A stretch of 64,000 nt of DNA. Origin: Hydrurus foetidus (lineage: Eukaryota). This document shows positions 52,908 to 64,000 of the stretch, piece after piece; positions within the stretch are counted from its first letter, which is position 1, and each line of letters starts with the position of its first letter. The DNA lies in assembly GCA_900617105.1 (NCBI GenBank), contig UYFQ01000012.1:1-64000 (forward strand), in the 5' to 3' direction. Under the pieces are notes generated by a model that saw only the letters and a program-made list of their open reading frames with translations, was not told the DNA's origin and made no database searches. The translations under genes were made by a program, and so were the position numbers.

Positions 52908-55121
52908 TGTCAATAATAGCAGATTCGATTTTGGTAGATTTAAGCCGCCTTCACGTTATGAGTTCAACTGAGATTTTTTCAGAATGAGCTCCTTCAAATG
53001 ATGCGCACTGTTTAATCAGTTTATTTATTTGAATCAATCGCATTCTACTGAGGTCGCATTTTCTCGAACAAATTATTTGGATTCGTCCACCTATTTACGC
53101 CGTTGACGACGTGGCAAAGCAGGATTATTAATGGGAAGTATGTTGCGATGACTTGAGAAGACATTTTGTCATGCATGTTGTGCGCAGCTATGGTAGGATG
53201 CCCAACAGCAAAAAGTCGAATAGTTTAAGAATAATCAGTGAGACGTAGCCGGAATAAGCCATACGAACCCTGGACTAATCATTACAATTCGACTGTCTGC
53301 CACGGAATTAGGGACTGGTGTCGCCCCACGAGGATAATCCATTTTTTCAAGATAAACGTGTCCCATACTTCACTCTCTCTTCCAGTCACATTGGTGTTCC
53401 TAGTATTCACATTTAGTAACTTTTCCCGATTTGATTGCGTTATTATGAGAAGATGTGCAGCAGTAATGCTATACACGAATTGATCCAAATGTAGTTGTTG
53501 CAATTCGCATCCGTCAAAGAAAACATCTCTCGTCAGAGGCAGTTAACCCAATTGGTCGGATTTAACTGCGTCTGATCGAGCGGGAGACCTCTGATGCGGT
53601 CAACATGTACTCACTGATATTTCTAGAATGATTTAAATTTTGCCATGTTCATTTGTCCTATGAACAGGATAACTGAAGTTTGTCGGAGTTGCAACCCAGC
53701 CGGGGGGGCAATCAACTATCCGCTACGAAAATGTAATTATCGTGTAGTTCATGAAGGATTAAATTTACAATGAAAACGTGACAAGACAATCCAACAAGGT
53801 TTCCAACGCCGTACTCATTCATCATATTTCTCGTCAAATGATCCGTCAAAAAGGTGTCAAGAGACAGCTCAGTAGAACTTTGACGCATCATTTTTGCTAT
53901 TACATTTCATGACGACAATGGAGGCAACAAAGACGAGCGCGACAGTCGTTACTTAAGCGATTATTCAACAAGCATTCTTCCCCCAAAATTGACACTTCAT
54001 GAGCTGTTCGGCACTCCCTCTTCTCGATCATGGACTACGGACTACACTATTTCCATCATCTACTGTAAAGACAAATGGCATTTAAGGTCAATGACGTGCC
54101 CCGCACTAAATCGCTAAAGACTGGATTATTTCTAAACTCGAGGTTGCCCAAGGAAATGACAAGATAAGACAACCATTAGTTTGTTTGAATGAAAACGACT
54201 CGTGGTACCGTCGTCACCGTAGTCCAGCAAAAAGATGGGCAAAATTTCAGCGGGAACCGAACGTGGCGGAGAGTACGTGCAACGTACAGAGTACAGATTA
54301 CAGATCCCAGAACCATTGTGGCTTCCAGAATTCGGACGTCATGATGTGGATACTGATATTACGGGAGCAGAATAAAGTGGTTCCTTGCTCTATTCTAAAC
54401 AGGAACCACTTTATTCAGCTCCCGTAATACCGTGGAGGATTCTTTATAATTTTGATGTATTTTTTTGTTTCATGTCATTTTTGAAACGACGAATGTCTTG
54501 TTTGTGTGCTATCTTGTTCAGCCGAGGCTGTTGCAGGAGACAGTGGATGTAATTTTCTTGTACCGCGCAAGCTGATTCCGCTCATATACTCTCCAAGTCC
54601 TATTCTGTTAACTGCGATGGTCGTGTTGCTTCACATGGGATTTCCTCTTCATAATCTCCAGTCGGTAGTGGCATTGTTTACCACTTTTCTTGTATGGAGG
54701 TGATACGGTGCGATACCTCTCATGTCGCCAAACGAGTCTGCCATGGCTCGGATGAGAGAATGTCATCAAGTCATCTCGTGTCGTATGGATGGATCTCATG
54801 CACTGATAGAATGATAAAGTGGCGGGACGCTTCTCTCAACAGAACGTGTTTGGTATCGATGAGACTCAATTTACAGAGAAGATCTCTAGTAAATTAAATT
54901 ATCAAAAATAATCAGGAATAATGTGCATTACTATTCACGTCAGTTGATCGTCGCACTGACTACAACACGTCGCAAATTGTGACCAGGTAACTGCCGCCGG
55001 CTTTAAAATTATTTCTGGTCGGACTACCAAGACGTTTTTCAGACGCAGACGACAGATATGTGTTTGAAATGACATTCTCGAAAAGTAGTCCTTGTGCTAT
55101 GCTGAACGTTTCGGTAGTTAT

Positions 55122-55786
55122 TTACGGGAGAGGGGCGTCTTCCTTCATGGCGATCACCTGATCGTGACCCATAGCGGACAACACACTTAAGGTGAGTGGT
55201 TTACCGGCGTCAAAAGCATGCTGAATCTCACGACCAAAATTATCAGGGAAGTCAGGTAGCTTGACATCCTCACGGATGTTACCATCGTCGTCCATAAGGG
55301 AGAGATAGGTCTCAGGAGTAATGTCGACCAAAGAGTATTCCTTTCTCACGACAGTGGGTACGTGAGCTGTGTGAGTGGAAGGAATGATATCTTCGTATTT
55401 CTTGCCGGTGAAGATGTCAATTGCGGTAAAATTGCACTTCGCGTGTCCATGCTTTCCTGTCTTAGAGACGGATACATTGCTGACCTGAGGTGCAGTGTTC
55501 GAAAATTTGGCGAAAATGTCAGTTCAGGTGGAGATTAAAATGAGATGATGAAGAGTCGAGAACGCATACCTTGCATGGATGCTCCTTCATGCAGATATAT
55601 CTGTTGAGAGGTAAGCGAGATCGTTTTTGATTAGGAAAGTTCACTATTTTGTTCTTTCCTATCGAAGTTTCGAGTTTGATCATCCATCACTCACCCTCCC
55701 ACGCGGATCTGGCCAGCCTCCATGTTGTACACGTTGGATGCACCGGCATCGCCAGTAGAGAAATCGTAATCGTCGAGGTCTCCCAT
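55122..55786 (-). CDS. EIF5A: Eukaryotic translation factor eIF5A, 3 exons
   Basis: MGDLDDYDF...EAGQIRVGG|YICMKEHPCK|VSNVSVSKTGKHGHAKCNFTAIDIFTGKKYED contains the hypusination motif KTGKHGHAK. Confidence 0.97.
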
Positions 55787-56969
55787 TCTTCCTAATACGT
55801 GTTGTGAATGATGCGAAGTTGGAGGCTACGCGGAGATGTAATGGATGTCGTGAGTCGAGCGATAGATACCAGATAAATAATAAAAAGGTCGACAATCGAG
55901 TTTGAGAAAAACAAAGCGCACAGCCTCACATTCCTTCAAATTCGAAAACCCCGAGGGGACCGGACCCCTGCGACCAGTTTACGGTAGAATGTATCTTCTC
56001 TTCAATGGTGGTGCGATGTTCTCTCGTAAAGTGCATATTGAAAAAGTAACTTTGATACAAAACTAAGGCTAAATATTTTTGTTCCTGTTGGCAAATAACT
56101 TCCGTCGCAATTGCTGCGATCCGCGTGTATATTAGGATGGACAATTTCAACATATTATCAAATTCTACCTTCGCTCTGTACACCAAATTTGAGAACTGAT
56201 GATCTCCCTCATGCTCGATAATTCAGGTAATCTGAATGCTCGATTATTTGTGGCCACAACTATGGTACCTGATCGTGGAAGCATAAAACCTATCCTGTTC
56301 TAACGGCAGTGCCTGAGAATCTGGTAGGAAAACTGAATCAAATGCAGTCTCAAATGAAAACAAATTTAACGAATGTAAATTTCATGGAAATTTTATGCAT
56401 CAGTACGGTTGATAATTTTACTGATTCAGCAGTCGAAGTTGTCTAATTCAATTTTACTATTTCAAGTAGATCTATCTACTGTCACAATATTTTCAAACGA
56501 TCAAAATTGTCGTTAATGAGAAGAGATCCGCCTTAACAGTAAAATAAGATGACGTAAAAGATGACAGTATACCAATCTTGATTTTCTCTCATGAATTTAA
56601 ATTACTGCGAGACCAGGGTCTCAATAATTTTCTGTAGTCGCAGTTTGGCTGCTGTTAACGCTTCTCAGTTCATGAAGATAGCTCATCTAAATTTGCTACT
56701 CTGCCGGAGTTGGCATTCTTCAATATATCAATATTGGAAACTTCTTCACTTCGAAGATGTTCTTTCAAGCCACTCAACGATCATCATGATCAGATCCGTC
56801 ATTTACCGAAAATCTCAGCCAGTCAATCGAAAATACGGATATCACTCACGACTGGTGATTATGTACTCTCGTCTCTCGTCACTATAACCTTAGAACTCTC
56901 AAGGCGACTGCTGGCCCAGACTTGATCTAGTCGGAGCAATTATTTCAGAATCTCTTTAGTGTCGTCAAT

Positions 56970-59900
56970 ATGGTATGAAGCTACTCTAGACATTAGCATT
57001 ATGAAAAATGATAATGAATGGAATGATAAAGATAACTATTATACTGTACTCAGGGAAAGAAGAAATTCAACAAAGCTGATGGCCAGAAGTTCTACCTTCT
57101 GCATAGGTCACAGACCGATGCAGCTTATGCTGGAGACGAGAGACCATCTGATTTTGTGCTTGTTCCAGCAACAGATGTATGATTGCCGTCAAAGTGATGA
57201 TTACAAGTTATGTTCATATGATAGGATCACACTAATGATATTTTTCACCTTATGCTATCATAATTGTCAACGGAATTGCAGAATGGCAACGAAGTTAGAA
57301 AGCAACAGCAGGAGACAAAAGCCGAAGCTAGTCGTCTACATGGTCAAAAGGATCATGTCACAGCAATGGGTTTCAATAACGATGGATACGATTATTCTCA
57401 GCACATGAAGGTTATGGGAGGAGGTAATTTCATTGGGAAGGACGGTGGATCACGACCAAATGCTGGAAATATGTTAGAGCTTCCAGCTGATGCGCTGCCT
57501 TCATTGGGTGAGCTTGATAGGCGGTTGGAAGCAGTAACAATAAGCCACGAACTCATGGACGATGATCTCAGAGCAGCTCTGTTTAACGAAGATGACGGTG
57601 ATGGAGAATTTGAAGAGCTGCTAGACAACTTCATAACTGACGTAAGTTGAGATTTGCTGCAGAGCTGATGTCGAGAGATAATTAAATTGCTAATGACGAG
57701 GGATGATTGATGAAACAGGCTATGATGGAACCGGAGGTGCCAGATTTCGATTTCGATGCTCATATTGCGGAGCTGATAGCAAGAAGGTGCGTGTTATCAC
57801 TAGTGATGTTTGGATGAAGTTTTGAAGATCCAATTATGATCGTATGATAGATTCCATCATGACCTGATGTCTGTCAGAAAAATAGTCAGTTGAGATACAT
57901 TGTTCAGCTGCGGATGGATCGCATCTAGTAATCGAATGGAATCCGATCAGCCAATGTTTTTTGTACTTTTAATGATGTAAAGAGTTGTTTGTTTGCTGAG
58001 TTCTATTTATGTGGACAGTGCTGATATCACGCTCTGTGATTTGTTCAGAACTTCTTTGTGAACTCCTACCAGCATTAAGTACTGCTCTCACTAACTAATA
58101 CGATGACGCGACAACACGATTGTGAGTAGTGAGAGAAACACTCAGAGAAACGCAGTGGGTCCAAGAGGATGGGAGAACGACCAAGCTCTAATGGGAAAAG
58201 GCAGAATGAAGAGAGACAACGAGGAGGATGACGATGACAGTGACGGTGAATACCCGGATATGGATGGGTGGGAAGAAGCAGATGATGAGGATCTGAGCGA
58301 TGATGATACTTCTCATAATGCATCTAATCGGAGGGGAAAGAAATCTGCTCATAGAAGCAGCAATCTGAACGATTTGAATTTCGAGAAGACCCTTGAAGGA
58401 TATGACGAAAAGGAAATTGGATATTTATCAGAGGTGATAAATACTTTCATGTGACTTATTATGTGTTTCATCATTCTGTCATATGATGTGACGTGAGCTA
58501 ATCTCATTAATATGTTAAATTTGATATGACGTGACTTTGATGTGACTTCATTTATTTTCTTTTCTTGTTGAATTTAATTTAATTCAATTTAATTCATCTG
58601 TGTATAGGCGGAGGAGGAAGACCTCCAGGGAGGAATCGAGCTGGATGGAGACAACTTGCTGTTCAACCAAGCTATCGACGAGTTCATACAGGTCTCCCAC
58701 ATCTCATATGCTCCGCTCTGCTCTGCTCTGTGAGTTGTAACGGCAGATATCTGACATGATGACATCAACGATGCGATTCAAACAACGTGATATGCGATGA
58801 GTGGAAATGACTGACAGATACAGAAGGCGGAGAAGAGAAGAGAAGAGAGATAGAACGTACTGGCGTAATAACTTACGAGATGAGATAAGATGAGATGAGT
58901 TAGCTTGGAGCCCACTTTCCGTCGACACGCGTTGCAATCTAATTCTCGTTGTACGAGGGAATGTCTGGGTAGAAATAGAAGAAGAGAGAGTACACATGTG
59001 TGTGAAAGAGGGGTAACGGGAAAAAGTGGATCATGGAGTTTGAGGAGAAAAGAGAGATTAACGATCGCAGAGGGGAAGGGATGTCAGGGATATTTGGACA
59101 GCGTCACATGTCACCACGCTGTTACAGATATACTAAGCAATCGCTCATCGAGCTCTCAGTCAGATCAACTTCCCTACTGTCGAGATATTCACATTTGAGT
59201 GCACTACCACTTCACAACTCTCACTTCACCGCCATTCAAATCGTAACTCTCACTTCACCTCCATTCAAATCCAACAGGACAAAAAAGATCACATACTAGC
59301 AGAGGGAGTGACCGTTAAGAAAGGTGCCCGTGCTTTGGAGGATGACGTGGCCTCTGAAAGCGTCAATCTGAAAGAAGAAGTCAAGGAACAACGAATGCGT
59401 CAAATAGCCGGTCAGTTAGAACTGGAAGAATTTGATGAAATCAATGACACCCATCAAGGCATTCTCACATGTCAGTCTTACCTAGCGGAGGAGAGACCAG
59501 AGGTATGTATTTTGTCGATTGGATATGACATAATATGATATTATATGATACGATATGAGGTTGATTAAGATTGCAATGCTTCATTAATGCGTGTTTTAAT
59601 TGATAATATCATAGCACTGGTAACTGTATTGAACTGGACAGAATTGAATCAAATCGTCCGTATAAAAATATTCTGGTTGTTGCTGAAGTGCACTTGCTCA
59701 ACAGTACACTTTCTCTCTTGCTAGACTTCGATACTTCAACTTATTCGTCCAACCTCATTTTCTTACAATTTCCATTCTTCCTTTTTGTCGTCCTGCTCTC
59801 TTCTTGCGAGTAATCTCATGGAGCCTTTTCTCATCTTTCTTCTCATCACTTCTATTCACCTCATCCCGTCTCCGTCCTCTTCCTCTTCTTCTCCCTCCCC

Positions 59901-61095
59901 ACTTCAATTTCAATCCTTATCACAGGAGCAGTGGGACTGCGAGAGCATAATATCCACCTACTCCACACTGGACAACCACCCATCAGTCATCAAGGTAACG
60001 CATCGTACGTTCGCAGTACTGTGACACCGTGACACAATTTTAATAGGCACATAGTCACTCAATAGAACAGTAACATAATGGGACTGTCGTTCATTTAGTA
60101 TGACACAAAATAACACTGCTTGCATTCCTGTCATTTCCTCCCACTGTGTCCATGACATCCCAAGTCAATTCTGTGTCTATTTCTTCCCACTCAATTGTAT
60201 CTTACCCATCAACAACTATGTCACACACCTCTTGTCACTCTCACTCTCATTCTCATTGTCCCTCGCTGCATATTAGGATCCTGCATCATCCCGATTTAAG
60301 CCGTATAAGTCCAGGTTCCTCCGCGCAGCTGAGGCGCAAACAGCCGTCTACAATACCGGATCTTCGGTGTTTTCCGGCACTTCAGAAACAGGATCTGTGT
60401 CTACTTACAGCGTGAGTGGGTATCAGTCAATGATGAGCATGACCAGCAATGACAAAGTTGAGATGGGAGTGAGGGTGGGAATGATCAGTCCTCAGCACGT
60501 TCCTCAGAAACCCTCCCTCATCGTTTTGAAGGGCAAGATGGGTCTACCGGAAGGATTCGGCCCACTTAAGCCGTATCAACGGTTACTCGCCAAATCCCAG
60601 GGAGAAGAAGGTTCTGTAGGGGAGGGTGATGGAGACGCAGACGCGTCAGTGCTGTTGACTTCCGATTCCCTCTCTAAGCTATCTATCGCAACGGCTAAGG
60701 CAGAGAAGGAAAAACGAAATATTAACAAATCTAAATTCAAGTTCAAGGGCGGTAGATTGGGAAGAGTTAAGGAAGGGGAAGAAGAGAATTCTGATGATGA
60801 TGCTGATGTGGGGAACAATGCCAATGGAGATGATGAGGATGACGATGATGACAGCGATTACGAGGAGGAAGAGACGGAGACAGTCAACACCACCGCTTCT
60901 CTCATGAGAATGAGAGGAGAGACGCCTGAGCAGCGAAAGGCGAGGAAGACGTTGGTAAAGGTCGAAAAGCAAGCTAGGCGGTTGATGAAAAAACAAATGA
61001 AGAATGCGTACAAGGAAGAAGAAAACAGACAGAACGGCATTGTTGGCAGACAGCAGGCAATAAATAATGTCGGTGTCTTTAAATATACTATGTAA
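56970..61095 (+). CDS. LTV1: LTV1 40S ribosome biogenesis factor, multi-exon
   Basis: M|GKKKFNKADGQKFYLLHRSQTD, DGYDYSQHMK, FEELLDNFI, YDEKEIGYL, QWDCESIISTYSTLDNHPSVI, ETPEQRKARK...ARRLMKKQMKNAYKEE. Confidence 0.9.
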
Positions 61096-63075
61096 ATACG
61101 ATAGATTATTACTTCACGTACGAGTGTTGTACTACTTCTCTTCTCTGTCACCTTGTTGCACTTCATAAATACATCACGTTAAAGTTATTTAAAACCGTGT
61201 AAATATTATTTATTCGATATCATTTAAGTATCCGGTTTTCCCAACAGTCGATTTCCAATATTTGGGCACGAAGAATTTGATGATATGTGAAATGCAGAAA
61301 ATCAGAATTGTGGGAGAAATTGAATTGAAGTGAATTGTAGATTGACGTCAGTAATTATGACGAAATGAGAATAATATACATTTGCAGAGAATTGGGCTTC
61401 TTCTTCTACTGGAAGTGTGATGGAAAGTCAGCATTCAATTAATTCAAAAAGTTGGAATTAAAACGAGAGTCTTCCTGTAGCGTCACACAATTCTGTACTT
61501 TCGTCCCAAAATACACAACAAATCTTGCACAATGTGACCAGCTCTGCTCTGCTGTTAGTGATATACATTACACAATCCACACCACAGCTGTTCCAGTGGA
61601 GTCTACCAACTAGTGCACACACTAATGAGAAAAGAAACGAATTTAAAAATGGACGAAACGTTCTGGTTCTTTCGATGATTCATCGTATCACGCCTTCGAA
61701 GAAATTGAGTGGAGAACAACTTCCACTCTCGCACACACTCTAAACTTTACAGATCTGATGGTGTCATATCAAAGTAGCTCAATAGCTGCTTTACGGTTCT
61801 GTTATTCTGAGTGCACTATATGGTAATCACCATGCGTACGTAAGAGTTTCCCAGGCGACCCTATACATGTATGTCATAGTCTCTATCGATCTTTCCACTT
61901 GCAAATGTGATGATCATATTAACTGCATATAACGATGCAAATTGAGAAAATTTATAGACATGTTAAATAAAACTCTAAAATCAGATACAACGCAGACACA
62001 TGGCTATCAGATAACCGATTTTGTATACGTCATGTGAAATTGCATACTGAAGTTAAGAGTTGAGATGTAACTTGCTACTAAGTACTTTCCTTTAAAAAAA
62101 ACTGAAGTTTTGTCAGATAATGCTTGTGCTACCTGCATTCCTTGCACCTTATCGCATCTTCCGGAATGTTAGTTTTCTATCGAATGAAGAAGAATTCTCG
62201 AATTCTCTGTGAACAACACCGTACAATTAGGAGATAACTGGAGCCTGCAGAAGGTAGCCGAGGTTCTCTGGAGCGAAATGATAAGCAACCGGGCGGTTCC
62301 ATATTATAGTCTTTCATTCCCCTATCCACATCACTCATCACGAGAGACGCAAGTCTCGTTGCATAGTTACCTTAGATGCATGTATCACATCCTTTGAAAC
62401 CTGCGATCACGATTTGATCGCAGTGTTTGATGCACCGCACCTGCTTGCCAATCGATGCAGCAGTGTCGCAGTTTTATTTATGTGGTTGATGGTGATATGG
62501 GACGGTAACCCCGCGATGTTGAACTCTACCCTCAACTGGAACTTTTATTTGATCTGCGGAAATGTCGGCGGAGAATGAATTCGCTCTCTAATTGTCTCGA
62601 GGAATGGAGGGGGTGTCGACCCAACAAGCGAAATATGTCTGCGCGCGTAGGAGATGCTCATGACTCGTTTGCGTGGCCCCTTGGCGAGGAATGGCACAGA
62701 CCGTCGTAATGCAGAATGCCGAGTTCAGTGAAAGATTCCCGGAAACGAAAATGTGACGTCTCCAAAGGCTATGGATACAATTGGAGATCTCATCATCTGG
62801 AATCAAACCGACGTGATCACGCGTACTCGATCGAACTCAGCGAATTCTGCATGCCACGGAAGTACGACACCATTGCTGGCCAACGGGAGAAGATCTCTCT
62901 GTAAGAATCGTAATCGTACAAAGGGTCTCACATTCAGTCGCAGCTGCTTTCCATTCACTGCCTTCATTTGTGAAGACTTCCCACTTTCCATCGGCCTGGC
63001 GGGGAATTAGTTGCCAGTAGAGGTGGCTATATTCGAGCTTCTAGAAAATTGTCGTACCATGTTGTAAGTAAAGAG

Positions 63076-63157
63076 AGGCATAGTGGGAGTCGATCCCTCG
63101 ACCAGTATGGATATTTTCTTTAATGGATGCGGCGCTCTACCACTTGGCTAAACGCCC
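63076..63157 (-). pseudogene. Degenerate tRNA-like sequence (tRNA pseudogene or SINE head)
   Basis: Minus strand GGGCGTT-TAGCCAAGTGGTAGAGC...GGTC-GAGGGATCGACTCCCAC-TATGCCT has A-box-like and B-box-like motifs, 6/7 acceptor-stem pairs and a T-arm with one mismatch. The anticodon arm does not pair. Confidence 0.6.
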
Positions 63158-64000
63158 CGATGTAGAACTCGAAAGAGATAGAAACGTGTCATCTCAATAT
63201 AGAATGCACTGAACACGGGAGTGCAAAGAAACAAAAATCAAGGAAAAATCAGAAGTAGTCCCCCTACACCGCGTGTCAATAAATTCTCCTGATTAAACTG
63301 AGATATAAAAGAAATCATATAATTGTAAAGAATATGTAAATAATGATGACAATAATAAATGTCAGTAATTAGAAGGAAAATCAAGCAAAATACCGGAAGT
63401 TTGTGAATGAATGAATAGATAAATGAGTACAGAGAATGAATCAAGTTGGTATGATAATGTCTTCTCTTTCATTACTACTCAACGCGAATTGAATTAGCTC
63501 TTTGAGAGACTGAAATGAAGAGTGTACTGATTTCAAATACGTAATATCATGTGATTTTATGTATTCATACGGAATATAAGGTATTATTCCGTCTCTCTTG
63601 ACCTTAACACTTTTAGAATTCCCCAGATAAGTAGAAAATCATGATTAACTACTTAATCCGACTGAGATTTTCAACAATCGCTACGAATTGAATCAAAATA
63701 TTAAAATACCCAAAGAATGAAAAATAAAACAAATTGAATAAATAAGGAAGAGCAATTAAAAGGTAAATCAATCAAGATACAGGAAGATGATCAGCGAATT
63801 ATAAATTAGGGGATACAGAGAATTATTTTAAATGCTACAGAAACTCGCTCTCTCCTTATCCTACTCTAGATGGAACGATATAACTCTTTGAGAAAAAGAA
63901 AGGAGAAGTGGATTGATTTGGAATACAGAATATTTTGTATTTTTCCGTACTCGATACGAAATATAGTTCTTCATTCCGTCTTGTGCCGACCTTTGGGGCT

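Noticed and set aside
53537..53575. Hairpin GCAGTTAA...TTAACTGC in the long intergenic region
   Set aside because: An 8-bp stem is within chance expectation and has no supporting motif.

Overview
Eukaryotic nuclear DNA with GT-AG introns and several signal-peptide + A/S-F plastid presequences. This points to a photosynthetic stramenopile, possibly a chrysophyte (inference only). Left end: the 5' part of an apparently intact Ty1/copia LTR retrotransposon on the minus strand (5' LTR ~3370-3734, gag, and pol open in the -1 frame to the window edge). It has no TGG tRNA primer site. Instead, the 10 nt at the PBS position are perfectly complementary to a 10-mer inside its own LTR, suggesting Tf1-like self-priming in a copia element (top finding). 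Host genes: a coiled-coil protein, small plastid-targeted proteins (one built from duplicated Cys-pair exons), a ~20.5 kb myristoylated EF-hand + triple-HELP/WD40 EML-like gene whose introns carry pentanucleotide microsatellites and a MITE, a GAF/pseudo-histidine-kinase/receiver protein, a BSD protein, a USP deubiquitinase, an M17 leucine aminopeptidase, an aldo-keto reductase, a cyanobacterial-type MPBQ/MSBQ methyltransferase, eIF5A and LTV1. Also present: a foldback element, a telomere-like TCTAGGG tract, a hexamer satellite abutting a TGACGT palindrome, and a degenerate tRNA-like sequence. Exon boundaries were read by eye and no database searches were run.
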